A stretch of DNA of 64,000 nucleotides from positions 17,542,210-17,606,209 of the forward strand of contig NC_068985.1 in the NCBI RefSeq assembly GCF_001194135.2, written 5' to 3'. Positions within the stretch are counted from its first letter, which is position 1. Each line of letters begins with the position of its first letter. This stretch comes from Octopus bimaculoides (Eukaryota). Position numbers and translations under genes: made by a program. Below, one piece after another: positions 14,163 to 26,581 of this stretch. The notes beneath the pieces are model-generated. The model did no database searches, was not told where the DNA came from, and was given only the letters and a program-made list of their open reading frames with translations.

Positions 14163-14338
14163 TTAACCCTTTTGCTACCAATCCACCTGAGACTGCCACT
14201 TGATCATGACCTGTTTTAAAGTGATCTAAAAACATTCCATCAAAATTTCATGTTAATTTATGTTGCTTAATTATGACAGAATTATTTACTAAATTTTGGC
14301 AATGCATTTCAATAGAAATATATTTACAAAAGGGTTAA
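14163..14338. mobile_element. TTAA-flanked MITE (piggyBac-like), second family
   Basis: TTAA-cccttttg ... caaaaggg-TTAA: terminal inverted repeats with a TTAA duplication. Confidence 0.7.
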
Positions 14339-14649
14339 AGAACAGAGACTTTGATTTCAGATAAAACAACAAATCAACATCATTAGAAATTAAATCCATC
14401 AGCAACAGCTTTGGATTATTCAAGATTTACATATACCCACCCACTATAATGATTTTTTAAGAAAACAATGAATAACTTAGAGGAAAAGAAACACTCTCCT
14501 TCTATATTTTGTTCTTTAGTTTAAGCAATTCATTTATCTATATATTTCTTACTTTCATTATGATGATTAATAACTTAAAGTTTATCTAGATTTTAGTTAG
14601 TAATAATTGGTTGATGTTCAGATGAATTGGGCAAGGATACAAAATACAA

Positions 14650-15400
14650 TGGGCACGAATCTATTGACATAACTAGAACCCACATATCTATTGTTTTTGC
14701 TGGGTGACCTTGTCACCAAATTAGACAACAGACCATCTGAAGAAGAACAACAAAGCTCTGAGTGAAGATGGCCAAGGTAAAAATGAGACAGAGATTTGCA
14801 TCAACTATATTGTATGGTACATTCTGTAGCTTTCAAAGCTGGTCTTGGTTTAGGTCAGAAATCTGTGTGACCACAAAAATTTGCACCTACCAAACAATCC
14901 TTTGCACCAACCTGCTGTATGGCTGCAAGGTATGGCCAATGAAAGCAAATAGACTTATACAAGCTGAAAGTATTTGACCAAGTTTGTCTTCACCAAATCC
15001 CCAATGTTTGTGTTTTGGATTTTGTGTCAAACTCTGAAGATTCCCTTCAACAACATTTCCTCAAAAAGCACCTCTGTTGGGTTCTACATGCAGTTCATCA
15101 TCCACAGGGTAACTCATTAGTAATATATTTACACCAGAGTGTATAGCACCCTTATCAGACGCAGTCACGATGAGTATATTGGGCTTTGTATATTTGTACC
15201 CCAGTGTCACTCTGATGGCACACACTGCTCTCTCACACAAGAAGAAGAAGAAGAAGTAGTAGTAGTAGTAGAAGGCAGCAGCAGCAGCTTGTATTCTAAA
15301 GAAAGTCTGGTCTCGTTGAGACACAGGAGAAAGCCTTACTTGAAACTAGAATGACATAAACAATGAGGTGAACAGTTGAAAACATGGATTAATATGATTC
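14650..15400 (+). mobile_element. Decayed RTE-clade LINE fragment (post-RT region)
   Basis: Translation WFRSEICVTTKICTYQTILCTNLLYGCKVWPM fits the RTE pattern W..r.is..TKi..Y...v...LLYG.EtW. Interrupted by stops and a (GAA)/(GTA)/(GCA) microsatellite. Confidence 0.7.
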
Positions 15401-16600
15401 TACTGCATCTTAAGTTCATATCAGGTCCTCACATGTATGGTGTCTGCCACTGGAATCATGATCATGATCACTAGGCATAGCTGAATTCTGTTTGTGATAC
15501 TGTGAATTCACTAGTTGCAGCTGGCACAACTCATCCTGAGTGAATGCTGACACAAGTAGAATGTGTTAGTTTGTTCATAAATAGAGGAGATGAAATTTGA
15601 GTTTGTTTCCTTGGGACATGTAATCTGTATTCAGTGTTGTTGAAATGGACCAATTTATCAAGACCCTTTTCAGGATAGCTGGGAGATCCCCATTCACAGA
15701 ATGGTTGTGTATAGATAAATATGGATGCAGAAATTAAACTAGGTAGTGAGACAATAGAGACTAAAGATTTACTTGAATGTAACATTATAAACAGGCATCT
15801 TTACAACAACATATAGAGATATCTGCTTATTCAGGATTGAGATGTGGTACGGTTTTAAACTTTCATCCATTCAAGAATAATAACTGCCAATGGTATGAAG
15901 TGGAAAAGCCATCTAAGTTGACCAATGAAATCCCTTAAAAGAAACAGCATAAAATCTATGTAACAGACTATGGAGAATATGAATTAACTCTATATTTATT
16001 TTAAGATGATATTGGTGTTATTACCCACATAAAGAAAACACTTTAACAACTGGAGGATCACAATTTTGACCTAGTTAGGCATCATAAGCCTTGAGGTGTT
16101 TACAACCATGCATGTTCTTTCAGTCAGAATATTTATATCAATTAATATCCAAAATAAATCATACGGGGGTGTAGATTTAGAAATTGGTGTCCAAAGAAAA
16201 TTATGTGTAATTTTCATACACACTTGATATGACATATGAATTAATTATAAACACGTGTGGGTCTAATTGTACTGAAACTGATGAGAAGCAACTAGGTCAA
16301 AATCACAATCTTTTAGTTATTATACCCACATGTTTTACAAACATAAGCATCTGTCTCAACCACTTCTAACCATGCTAAGACTGCACATATTTGACCAAAC
16401 CAAGATGAATTCCTATAGGACTATGGTTGTGTGACAATATCTTTATATTCTGACATATCTTGAGGAAGAGATAGTCATTCAAACAGACCACTGACATTGC
16501 ATTTGTGGAAATGTTTGACTCAGTCATTATGGAGTATCACAGAAAAAAAAAAATGACATGTCACCAAATCTGATCCAGCTAATAGAACTATAGGTATTTT
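15400..16600 (-). mobile_element. Very old CR1/L2-like LINE remnant
   Basis: The minus-strand ORF 15531-15785 contains EWGS..EKGLDKLVHFNN, resembling the post-YADD W...n.v.FN motif. The rest is barely alignable by eye. Confidence 0.3.
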
Positions 16601-17777
16601 AGCAAAGTAATTACAACTACAAGAGAGACAGAAGAGAAATTTGTTCATGGTAAAATTGTGGTGTTTGGGGTTTGATTTGTCCACTGAAAGTTTGGCTCAA
16701 CCAGTACAAGCTAGTAACATTTAAGTATATGGATGTATGCATATGTAGCTAGCATGTTAACATGGGAAGGTGGAGACATGTCTATATGAGAGACAAAGAA
16801 GTGAGTGAAGAAAAGCTTGTCTTGCTGACAAAATAATTAATCTTCTAGCTATCACTTGTTTCAATCATTAGGCTGAAGCACTACCTTGTGTTGTGTTCTT
16901 GAGCAAAGCACTTCATTTCACATTGTTCTATGATCATTTCAACATCTGACATGTGGCACCCATTGCACCTGTACGGGTAATGTCGATTTGATGGGGGGGA
17001 ATGAGCTTATGTCTACACAAACATTCGATCACTATAAACAAATCATCTGTGTGGTTGTTCGGTAAGAAATTGTCGAACTTTCATATGTCGTCTAATGACG
17101 GGAGAGTCCATTATATATATACATACAGCAGACTTCTACAGTTTTTGAGTTTCTGTTACCAAATTTACCCACAAAAAAATTTGTTGACCTGCGGCTATAG
17201 TAGAAGATGCTTGCCTAAGGTATCATGCAGTTGGATGGAACTCAAAGTCATGTGGCTTCAAAGTGAGTTTAACCACAAAATCAAGTTAATTACAAAAGAA
17301 ACACATGAGATTCACTCTGTTGACAAATGGTGTGAGTGTAAGAGGGAGAGAAAGAGAGGGGGCGTGGGGGGATCTGTACAGTTTGTTGAACAGTGTATCA
17401 GGGTACTATGGAGCAGCTGTGGATAATGAACTGTAATAATAGCTAAACAATCCCTGAATGTAATCAAATCATAACATCTACACAAAAAATAATTATAGGA
17501 AATATCTGAGGCTAACATTATGTAATCAACCTAAATTAATTGCCACATTTGTTTCTAGCCATCAGGGAATGAGTTTTTTTGGGTGGAACCAACAAAAAAG
17601 ATGAACAAATTAAAATGAATAAAACATCCCAACATCCATCTTTTATCTTTTACTTGTTTCAGTCATTGGACTGCAGCCAAGCTGGAGCACTGCCTTAAAG
17701 GGTCAAGTCAAACAAAATACTCCTAGTAATTATTTTTCAACTCTGATACTTATTCTATAGTCCTCTTATATATATTA

Positions 17778-18095
17778 CTTCCCAACCACATGGTTCTGGC
17801 TCCAGTCCCGTTGCTTGGCAACTTGGGGAAATGCCTTCTACCATAACCTCCGGCTGACCAAATTCTTGCGAGTAGATTCAGTAGACAGAAACTAAAAGAA
17901 GCCCGTCATGTGTGTATATGTGTGCGTGCATGTGACAGGCTTCCAGACAGTTTCCATCAACCAAATTCACAAGGCACTGGTCAGACCAGGGTTATAGTAA
18001 AATACACTTGCCCAAGGTACTGCACACTGGAATTGAACCTGAAACAATGTGGTTGCAAAGTGAGCTTCTTAACCACAGAGCCATGCCTGAGCCTA
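17778..18095. mobile_element. Two A-family SINE heads in inverted orientation, nearly adjacent
   Basis: Plus-strand head (cttcccaaccacatgg...gaaactaaaagaagccc, about 17778-17910) then minus-strand head (ggcttccagacagtttcc...ccacagagccatgcc, about 17937-18095). Confidence 0.8.
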
Positions 18096-20024
18096 TAATA
18101 ATGATTTTTATTCAATCTTTTTATTAGATAGACCACGTCATAAAATTTTTTTTCTAGAAATAATAAATTTTCTGTAAGAACTTGAAAATAAATTTCAAAT
18201 TGTACTTTTATTATACACTTTTCTTTCCTGTGTGTGTACGTGTATATATGTTTCTTTTAACCATGTATTATTCCACTGTATAGTGTTGAAGAACCACTAG
18301 AGAGAACTAAACTAAACAGCAGGTAACATTAACAGTGAGAAAAAGTATAACTGGCTGCTGCTTAAATGGTCGACAACAAGAGTGTTATCCGAGATATTAG
18401 TGAAATGAAAGAAAAGAGAAATTTTACAAAAACCCATTCTGCTACAAGTGTATGATAAAAGAGACTGAGGACTAAAGTAACATTAAACATACACATTAAT
18501 GCTTAAATTATCTTCAATTCATCCTCTTTATTAACAGAATCTACAGAATCCATTTCGCTATGAGTTGTAAACTTTTTACAAGACAATATCTCTAAAATAT
18601 ATTTACTTCCAAATCTTATGCCCTACATTGAAATAAACTATTTAACAGACATATATTATAACAGATATACAGAATGATCTCCCACCAAACATTATGCCAA
18701 ACTACAGCAGCAGAGAGCCACTGAAAATAGCAACACTATAAATACATACAATGTATGTGTGATGAAACAGAAGCAGAGGTTCGCAGAGGTGGGGCAGCAA
18801 ATATAAAAACATAAGCTATATCTATAGATGTGTATTTAAACAAATTTTTTAATGAATCAATTATTTACTTTTAAAATGTCTGGGGTTTGTTTTTATGTAT
18901 GTATAAATTGTTAAAGTTCTAAGCTATTCTTTATTTACACATATACAACTTTGATATCTGCAGATAAAAAACTGAAGACAGAAAACTGATACTATTGAAA
19001 TAGTTTTAAAAGATCATTTTTTTTTTTTTGTATAAAGTAATCTAAAAGATTTTAATGTAATTAATTACAACAAAAATAATTGTTTTATATATTTTTTCTT
19101 TCTTTGGTAAAATTATGTAAAAGTGAGCATACAAATTGTTAGTATATTTACAAAGTAGCCCAAGACTACTACAGTAGATTTAACATACATTTTGCTAAAC
19201 AAGAGGCTCAAAACTAAACGGTTACAATGCACAGAAAAGTTAAATAAGGGATGGGGAGAACATGAAATACCATGAAATATCATAATACAACTGTTTGACT
19301 TCATCATAAATGGAAAAAGTCAAACTGTTGTGAAGGAAAATTGAAATAAATAAATAAACTTAACTCTCAATTTCACTAGTGGAAAAGAAAAAGAAATTAT
19401 TTAAGGATGTTGCATTTGAAATGTTGATATGAAATTTTGAACAGAAAATGTCCTAACACACAGAAAACACAAGCTGAATAATCTTTATTGTATTTCTTCA
19501 TTTTACAAATATGATAAAAACATTGAGTGGTTTAAAAATGAAGGAGAATGGTGAAATAATGTAATTTATGAGACAAAGTGGTTTAAATGCTATAAAAATT
19601 TGTTTTATGTTATGTTATTTGACAGGAAAGTTTATTTTTAATACCAGGGTAGTTTTGCCAATTCTTGAGCTGAAAAGTTATAATGCTTGACCAGAACACA
19701 AGAACTAGCTGAGAAGTAATAACTTGGTTCACAAATTAACTCTTCAAACTACTTTTACTTTTAACATATACAATTTCATGTCCTGATCAAACTAGATTAT
19801 CATACTACATTAGGTCATCTAATCATTGACAATAAAACTTTCAATAGTTATCTGCTTTTTATATTTTAACATGAGATTTATTTTAGGGGGTTAAATTACA
19901 AAAAGACTGAGAGCCCATAATAAATAAGCAGTTTAGCCTAATATCATGACAATTCATGCTAACAAGGAAATCTAATCATAATTTTATTCACTCATTTTAA
20001 GTTGAATACTTAAATTTACAGGAA

Positions 20025-20090
20025 CATCATGTAAATTTACATGATGGCATGTAAATTTACATGATGGCATGTAAATTTACATGCCATCAT
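20025..20090. repeat. Three 20-bp-period units, each carrying the 16-bp palindrome CATGTAAATTTACATG
   Basis: Palindrome at 20028, 20048 and 20068. Bases 20061-20090 form a perfect 30-bp palindrome. Confidence 0.95.
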
Positions 20091-21134
20091 ATAAAACTGG
20101 ATGTAAAATAAGGATAAAATAAAATATGTTGTTAGATGCATAAAAAAAAAAGAAGAGGCAATTAAAGATTCTTACAAACTCTTTAACTGAGAAATTTATT
20201 GTAAAGAAATGCTTTCATTCAAATAGACTGATTGCAAAGATAGGGATTTAAGAAAGCACTTTTAACATAAAGCCTAGTTCTTGGCATGGGTATAGGACGG
20301 AAGTTTACCAAGATTTATATACTACACTTTGTTTATATTAAGTAAAACAGTCTTGATTTCATGGCTACTTTCTGTGTGGAGTAGATCTGGTTGTTCATGT
20401 AACATGTTCTACAATGGTTGTCTCTGTCATTAAAGAAATGTTGAAAATATAAGCAGTAAAAATAGGGAAAGGATGAAATTTTATTATATTTTCTAGGGTG
20501 ACAATCACTACTGAAATGTTGGGAATGAAAGCAATACAGCAACAGAAGAGATAGAGGATAATGGAGAAACATTTTATTTCCTATGGTGAAAGATACCATA
20601 TAAAGAGATCGTACAAAATATGGTTACGCCTTAACTTGGAGACTAGAAATAAAATTTAGACCTGTGGATTTTACAGTGTTCAGGAAGCAAATAATGTGTT
20701 TTTGACTTGGTTATGAGATAGAAATTAGACGAGACATAGGCTGATGGCAATTAGTAGATGTCAAAAAGCAGGGTAGAAAGTATAGATATTGGTCTAGGTT
20801 TGCTAAGTAAACTTCATCAGATAGGGGAATAAAAGGGAAATAGATGGAAATGGTAGAGCAGAATGCTTGACTTTATTTTAAAAGAGAGAACTGCACTTTC
20901 TTGACAATGGTAGCACCTAGTAAGTGACACAGTATCGGCACAAGGATATATTAAGATCATATCCAAGGAACAACAAAATCAAACAAACACTACCAAAGCA
21001 ACACACCACAGATTGATTTAGTTCTCTTCATTTTAATCTCATTCAATTATTCTAAATACTCTTATCTCAACATGAGGAACTTCAGCATCCAACTTTCTAC
21101 AACCTAACTGTCTTCTATTTTAATGAGATAATAG

Positions 21135-21570
21135 GCACAGGCATGGCTGTGTGGTAAAGAAATATTTTCCAACCACATGGTTTTGGGTTCAATCTCACTG
21201 TGTGGCACCTTGAGCAAGTGTCTTCTGCTAGAGCCCTTGGCCAACCATAGTCTTGTGAGTGGATTTGGCAGAGAGAAAATGGAAAAAAGCTCATTGTGAG
21301 AATGTGTGCATGTTTATATGTCTGTGTATGGTTGTGTCTCCCTGTCATGACATCATGTGATAGTTGTAAATGAGTGTCATTGTCATACAAGCAATGTCAT
21401 TCATTTTCAATATTCTCTGAAAAACATGTCTGGTCATGGGGAAATATTACTTTGCTTGCAAACAGGTGAAAGCTGATGAGAGGAAGGACATCCAACTGTG
21501 GAAAATTTGTGTCAGTAAATTCCACTCAACCCATGCAAGCATGGAAAAGTGGACATTAAAACAATGAGAG
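21135..21570 (+). mobile_element. A2 SINE, full length (A head plus RTE-like tail)
   Basis: A head followed by catgacatcatgtgatagttgtaaatgag...aggaaggacatccaactgtggaaa...cccatgcaagcatggaaaagtggacattaaa. Confidence 0.8.
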
Positions 21571-21984
21571 GCAATGTGTAGTAGATACTATAAGTTCTCA
21601 GACTGAAGCATAGCATAATCAACTGAAAAGTAGTTGGTCAGCTAACTTTTGTGTTGTAGATCTGCTCATGTAAACTAACATTACTCAGCACTAAAATTTA
21701 GTTTTGGAAGAAGGCAGAGTTAAAATTTGCTGACAAATTCTCCTGAACTGTAGGTCAGACAGCAAAAGAGGATGTGTCTGTTTAATTATCTACCCAATTA
21801 TTTATATCCTTACGTTGCTAATAAGTGGCTTCAGTGTTTAGACACTAATGCTAATAATGACTATCATTTACAATAGACTATCTCTCTTTAAGTGACCATA
21901 AATACAGGTTTCAAGAAGCTAGAACTATTTATTTAACTCACAAATAATCTTTCACTTTAGAAACCTTACCTGGGATTATTTCAG

Positions 21985-22123
21985 AACTAGGTATGGCTGT
22001 GTGGTTAAGAAGGTTGCTTTGCAACCATGTGGTTGCACCTTGAGCAAATGCCTTCTACTATAGCCCCACACCAATCAATGCTTTTGGTAAATGGAAACTG
22101 TGTGGAAGCTCATTGCATGTATG

Positions 22124-22166
<43 letters not shown>

Positions 22167-22930
22167 TAACCTTGAAGCCGCCCTTCAGGTGGCATTCTGG
22201 TTAGTTCTTGCAGAGGGTACCTTCGAGGCCTTTGGCCCCACTATTGTGGCACTTTGCAGCCCTCTACCCTTGTGTAATGTAATGTCCAAACTTATTTCTG
22301 CAAATGTGCTAAGCAATGATGCTGATCATAGGTTAATCAATAAGCATAGGAGCAAGGTAAATGCAGTAAAAAATGGGGAGGGGGTGCAGTGGGGCTCCAT
22401 TTAAATGGCCCTTCAGAAACTGAACTTTCTTTACAATTCCCTGTGAGTTTGTGGTATGAAATTCATTGTCATTGATCCTATTTGATTGCCAATGCCATGT
22501 ATTTAGTTTAAAATGCTGTAAAAATAGGGGGTTCAGTGGGGTCCCAATTAGGTGGCCCTTAAAAAAAATAGACCCCCTTAGAACATTCCCTGGGATTAGA
22601 GGAGCTGCTAGTTTGAGTTTCGCCTTCCTTGCACCAAGTCTAGGAGGAATTAACGAACATAAAACGTAACGGACAGAGAAATATCATTCAAATTTATAAT
22701 AGGAGATAGACAGACGGACACACACACAAAAGCATTGATGTATGTATTTATGTGTATATATGTGTCTTTGAATTTGCCCCTCCCACCACTTAACCAATAC
22801 TGGTTTATATGTTCCCATAGCTTAGCAGTTTGAAAAAAAGAGGTTGATAAAATAAGTACAAGTGTCCATTTGTTCAACTTCAAGGTGGTTCCCCAGCTTG
22901 GCCTTAGCCCAGTGACTGAAACAAAAGACA
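21985..22930 (+). mobile_element. A1 SINE split by an unclassified insert of about 520 bp (about 22165-22690)
   Basis: Head at about 21985-22120 and tail at about 22700-22930. The insert sits in the (TA)n spacer, is GC-richer, has repeated ggccc/ggggtccc motifs and shows no clear TIRs. Confidence 0.55.
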
Positions 22931-22959
22931 ACTAATCTTCTAAATCTGAAGCTTCCTCA

Positions 22960-23260
22960 CTGTATGTGTCATCTGCCATCAACTTAAGTGATTCCACTTC
23001 TTGGTGGCTCACTTTCACTTTCCTTCTCTTTTAACAATGACCTCATCTCAGTCCCTATTCACTCCAATGCAGATGACACATGGCTTTATCATTCCTCTTT
23101 GTCCTTTCGTTACTGTATTTATTTTGAGATGCTCTGTATTTCTTTCAATTACTTTAAATATAACAAAGAATTTAGTAACATAACTTAGTTATCATTCAGC
23201 TAGTGTTAGGAACATAAATTGTGACTAAGGTTTGGTGGAAAATCTTAATTCAAAGCTTAT
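22960..23260 (+). mobile_element. CR1/L2-like LINE reverse-transcriptase fragment
   Basis: Translation LLGGSLSLSFSFNNDLISVPIHSNADDTWLY corresponds to decayed RT motifs (GS.L.P.LF..fiNDL...ihsyADDt). Confidence 0.6.
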
Positions 23261-25273
23261 GAAAACAAGACATTTGTACTCAGAGCCAGAGCCGTTGAAA
23301 CCGGGGCTGGTTACAAAAGGGTTAAACTTAACATTTTGTCTAATGCTAAAATACACCTGCCCTCAACAGACACCCACATCTTCCATCAGTGAAGGATTCA
23401 CTTCTACCATCTAATATAGATCGATCCAGTACCCTATTTCTTATAAGTTAAGTGAATGCACAGAGGCTCCTAGGTAGGAGTCTGATTAGGGCAAACCAAG
23501 GATTACACAAAAACAACATTCATTTAAACACTATTGTATTGATGAATTATATCTTAACCTCTTCCACTACTGCTGCAATATATTCAGTAACTTATTCTAC
23601 TTTTTGTCACCAATACTTGCTATTTCACTTATACATCATCACCACCACTAACAATAACACCATCATCACCCTTTAAAGTCCACTTTTCCATACTTGTACA
23701 GATCAGATTGAAATTTTTGTTGAGGCAGATTTTCTACAGCTGGATTGTCTGCTTCCTGTCACCAACACTTATTTCGAAGTAAGGTAATATTTTCAAATAC
23801 GTAGACATGTTTTCACAGAAAACTGAACTGATGAACACAACTTGTATGACAGTAATGTTCATTTACAACCACCACATAATGTCAAGACAAGAGAACACAC
23901 AAGTGCACACATGCATACATGCACACACGCACACAACAGGCTTCTTTCAGTTTTCATCTCTACCAAATCCACTCACAACTAAACACCATGCAGGTCTCAT
24001 TTTGAAAACTGCCACCCTGTGGAACCCCATCTCACCAATCCATGTGTTTCTACACTATTCCAGCCACCAAATTTCAAAATTTGTGACAACTACCACTTCC
24101 ATCTCTCTGTGGAAATGCTCCACCCCTCTAACATAACAACCGAAAGAAAAAGAAAAGCATTATTACTGTGGGGTTTCGTTAAAATGATATATTGAAAAAA
24201 CTTTCTTTTCAATAATTTGGATTCTGGTCAGGATTTTTTCCTCTATAAATATAAATGATATAATTGAAAGAGATAAGCATGTTTGTTTTTTAATGATATA
24301 ATGAAAATAAAAATATTTTAAAATGTTCAACAGTAGTTAAATATTCAAAATATGTTGAAACTGAATTGAGTTTTATAAGATGTGAAACACATGCCTAGGA
24401 AAATGCTGTGTATGTGTTTATACAATATAAATTAGTTAAAATGTTGCAATAGAATTCCTTGCAAAAATGGTGACAGTGTTTTTATTAAAGAGTGCTAAGT
24501 ATACAGACAAGAGTATTTGGGACAGTAGTTTACAGAAAAAAAGAACTCAAGAATATTTAGAAAAGAGATGAAGTGAACAGAAAAGAGAAAAAAAAGTAGC
24601 AACATATGGTTCTGGAGTCAGAAAGAGAAAAAGAGACTGTGTGTGTGTGTGTGTGTGTGTGCACGTGCTTGCGAGTGTGCGTGCATGTGCGAGTGTATGT
24701 GCATGTGTGTATGTGAAAGAAACAGACACACAGAAAATATAGCAAAATAAATAGAATGAAAATTCTAGTATATTTCAAAGTCTTTCGTTTGTTTTAAAAA
24801 AAACTATTTTCCAATTTACAAAGAACTAAATTTCTGCACGGTTACTTTTGTATAAATTTGATTTTAGAAACAAATGTTTTAATCTTAAATGTCCAGAAAA
24901 GCAACAAGGATTTATTTATATTTTAGAAATCTTCTGATTATTCGAGAAAAACCACTTAAGGAAAGTTGAGCATTATTTGTTTGTTTGTTTTTGGCTTTTT
25001 TTCTTTCACAGCATACAAAGCAGAAATGAATGGGTTCTCTCCCACTCACTTCCCATTTCTTACTCTTATTTCTACCTCCCCCTCTTCCTCTTCTCTCTCT
25101 TCCTCTTATATCACACATCCTCTTTTCTTTCTCTCCACAGTTAACACAATAATACTGATTTCTAGCTGTGACAAGCCCACAGATTTCTAAGGAAAGATTA
25201 TAGTTGATACAGAAACCACTCTATTATATGTGCTGTTAACTTTATTTTATCACTTGACCTGAAGGGGTGAAAG

Positions 25274-25760
25274 TGGAGGTGCATGGTTTAGTGGGTAAGG
25301 TGTTGGACTCATGATAGTAAAATAACATTGTGGTTTCAATTCGTGGACTGGGCAATGTACAGTAATCCCTCGCCATATTGTGGTTCATCTATTGCAGTTC
25401 ACCTATCGCGGTTTACTATTTAAGGTTACATCGACTCCTTTATGGTGTTGTTTTGCATTTATAATAAAATAAATACATACAAATTATAAAAATAATAAAA
25501 AATATATACAGTACTGTTTCTACTTCATGGATTTTCACCTATCACTGGGAGTTTTGGAACATAACAACCACGATAGTCGAGGGACTACTGTACTGCATTC
25601 TTGAGCAAAACACTTAATTTCCCATTGCTCCAGTACCCTCCGCTGGTAAAAATGAGTATTCCTGTGATGGACCGGTGTCCTGACCAGGTGGTGAATATAC
25701 TTACCACAGAAACCGGGAAACCAGCTCTATGGGTCTATATAACTCAAGATGGAACTTTAT
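25274..25760 (+). mobile_element. Family C SINE (tail type 1) inserted into a family B SINE
   Basis: Flanked by a 16-bp duplication, cctgaaggggtgaaag (25258-25273) / cctgaaggagtgaaag (25761-25776). Minus-strand B sequence continues on both sides. Confidence 0.8.
25360..25590. mobile_element. pogo/Tigger-like MITE nested in the C SINE
   Basis: TA-cagtaatccctcg ... cgagggactactg-TA: 13-bp TIRs with one mismatch and a TA duplication. Confidence 0.85.
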
Positions 25761-26189
25761 CCTGAAGGAGTGAAAGGCAAAGTCAGATTCAGTGGGATGT
25801 GAACTCAGAAAGTAAAGTGACACAACTACATACTGCAAGGCATTTCGTCTAATATACTGAGTTCAATTCCCAGCAACATATTGTGTCCTTGAGCAAGACA
25901 CTTTATTTCATGTTTCTCCAGTCCACTCAGCTGGCAAAAGTATTTCAAAGGGCCAGCTTTGTCACATTCCGTGTCATGCTGAATCTCCTTGGAACACGTG
26001 TCTGTAGAGTGCTCAGCCACTTACACATTAATTTCACGAGCAGGCTGTTCCGTTGATCGGATTAACTGAAACCCCTGTTGTCGTAACTGACAGAGTGCCA
26101 GTATTGCCCTGAACTCCCATAGCCTTAATTTCACATGAGATGAGTAAATAAATGTTCCTCTAAACACTTTGGGGTAAAAAAGTGGAGAC

Positions 26190-26470
26190 CACCTTTTGTC
26201 TCAAATGACCATGGGTTTGCACCCAAAAAGTCTGCCGCTGAGATACAAGTCCAGGTAAGGTTGTTTGTAGAAAACCAGCGATCGCCCGTGCATACCAACC
26301 TCCCCTCTCCACACTATTGATGTTGTCCAAGGTAAAGGCAAAGGCTAACACAGCTTGGCACCAGTGATGTCACAACCCGTTTCTATAGCTGAGTGAACTG
26401 GAGCAATGTGAAGTAAAGTGTCTTGCTCAAGAACACAACACAGCCCAGTCTGGGAAACAAACTCATGACT
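26190..26470 (-). mobile_element. Family C SINE with a third tail type
   Basis: Reverse of the C core (gctgagtgaactggagcaatgtgaagtaaagtgtcttgctcaagaacacaac) joined to a different 3' part (tgttgtccaaggtaaaggcaaagg). Confidence 0.7.
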
Positions 26471-26581
26471 CACTTAACCCATTCCTTACCAAATATAAAC
26501 TAAGGGCCATATGTGTATTAAATCTTAGAACAACTTAATACACTTCTACTTGTTTCAGTTATTGGACTGAAGGGTTTAGAG

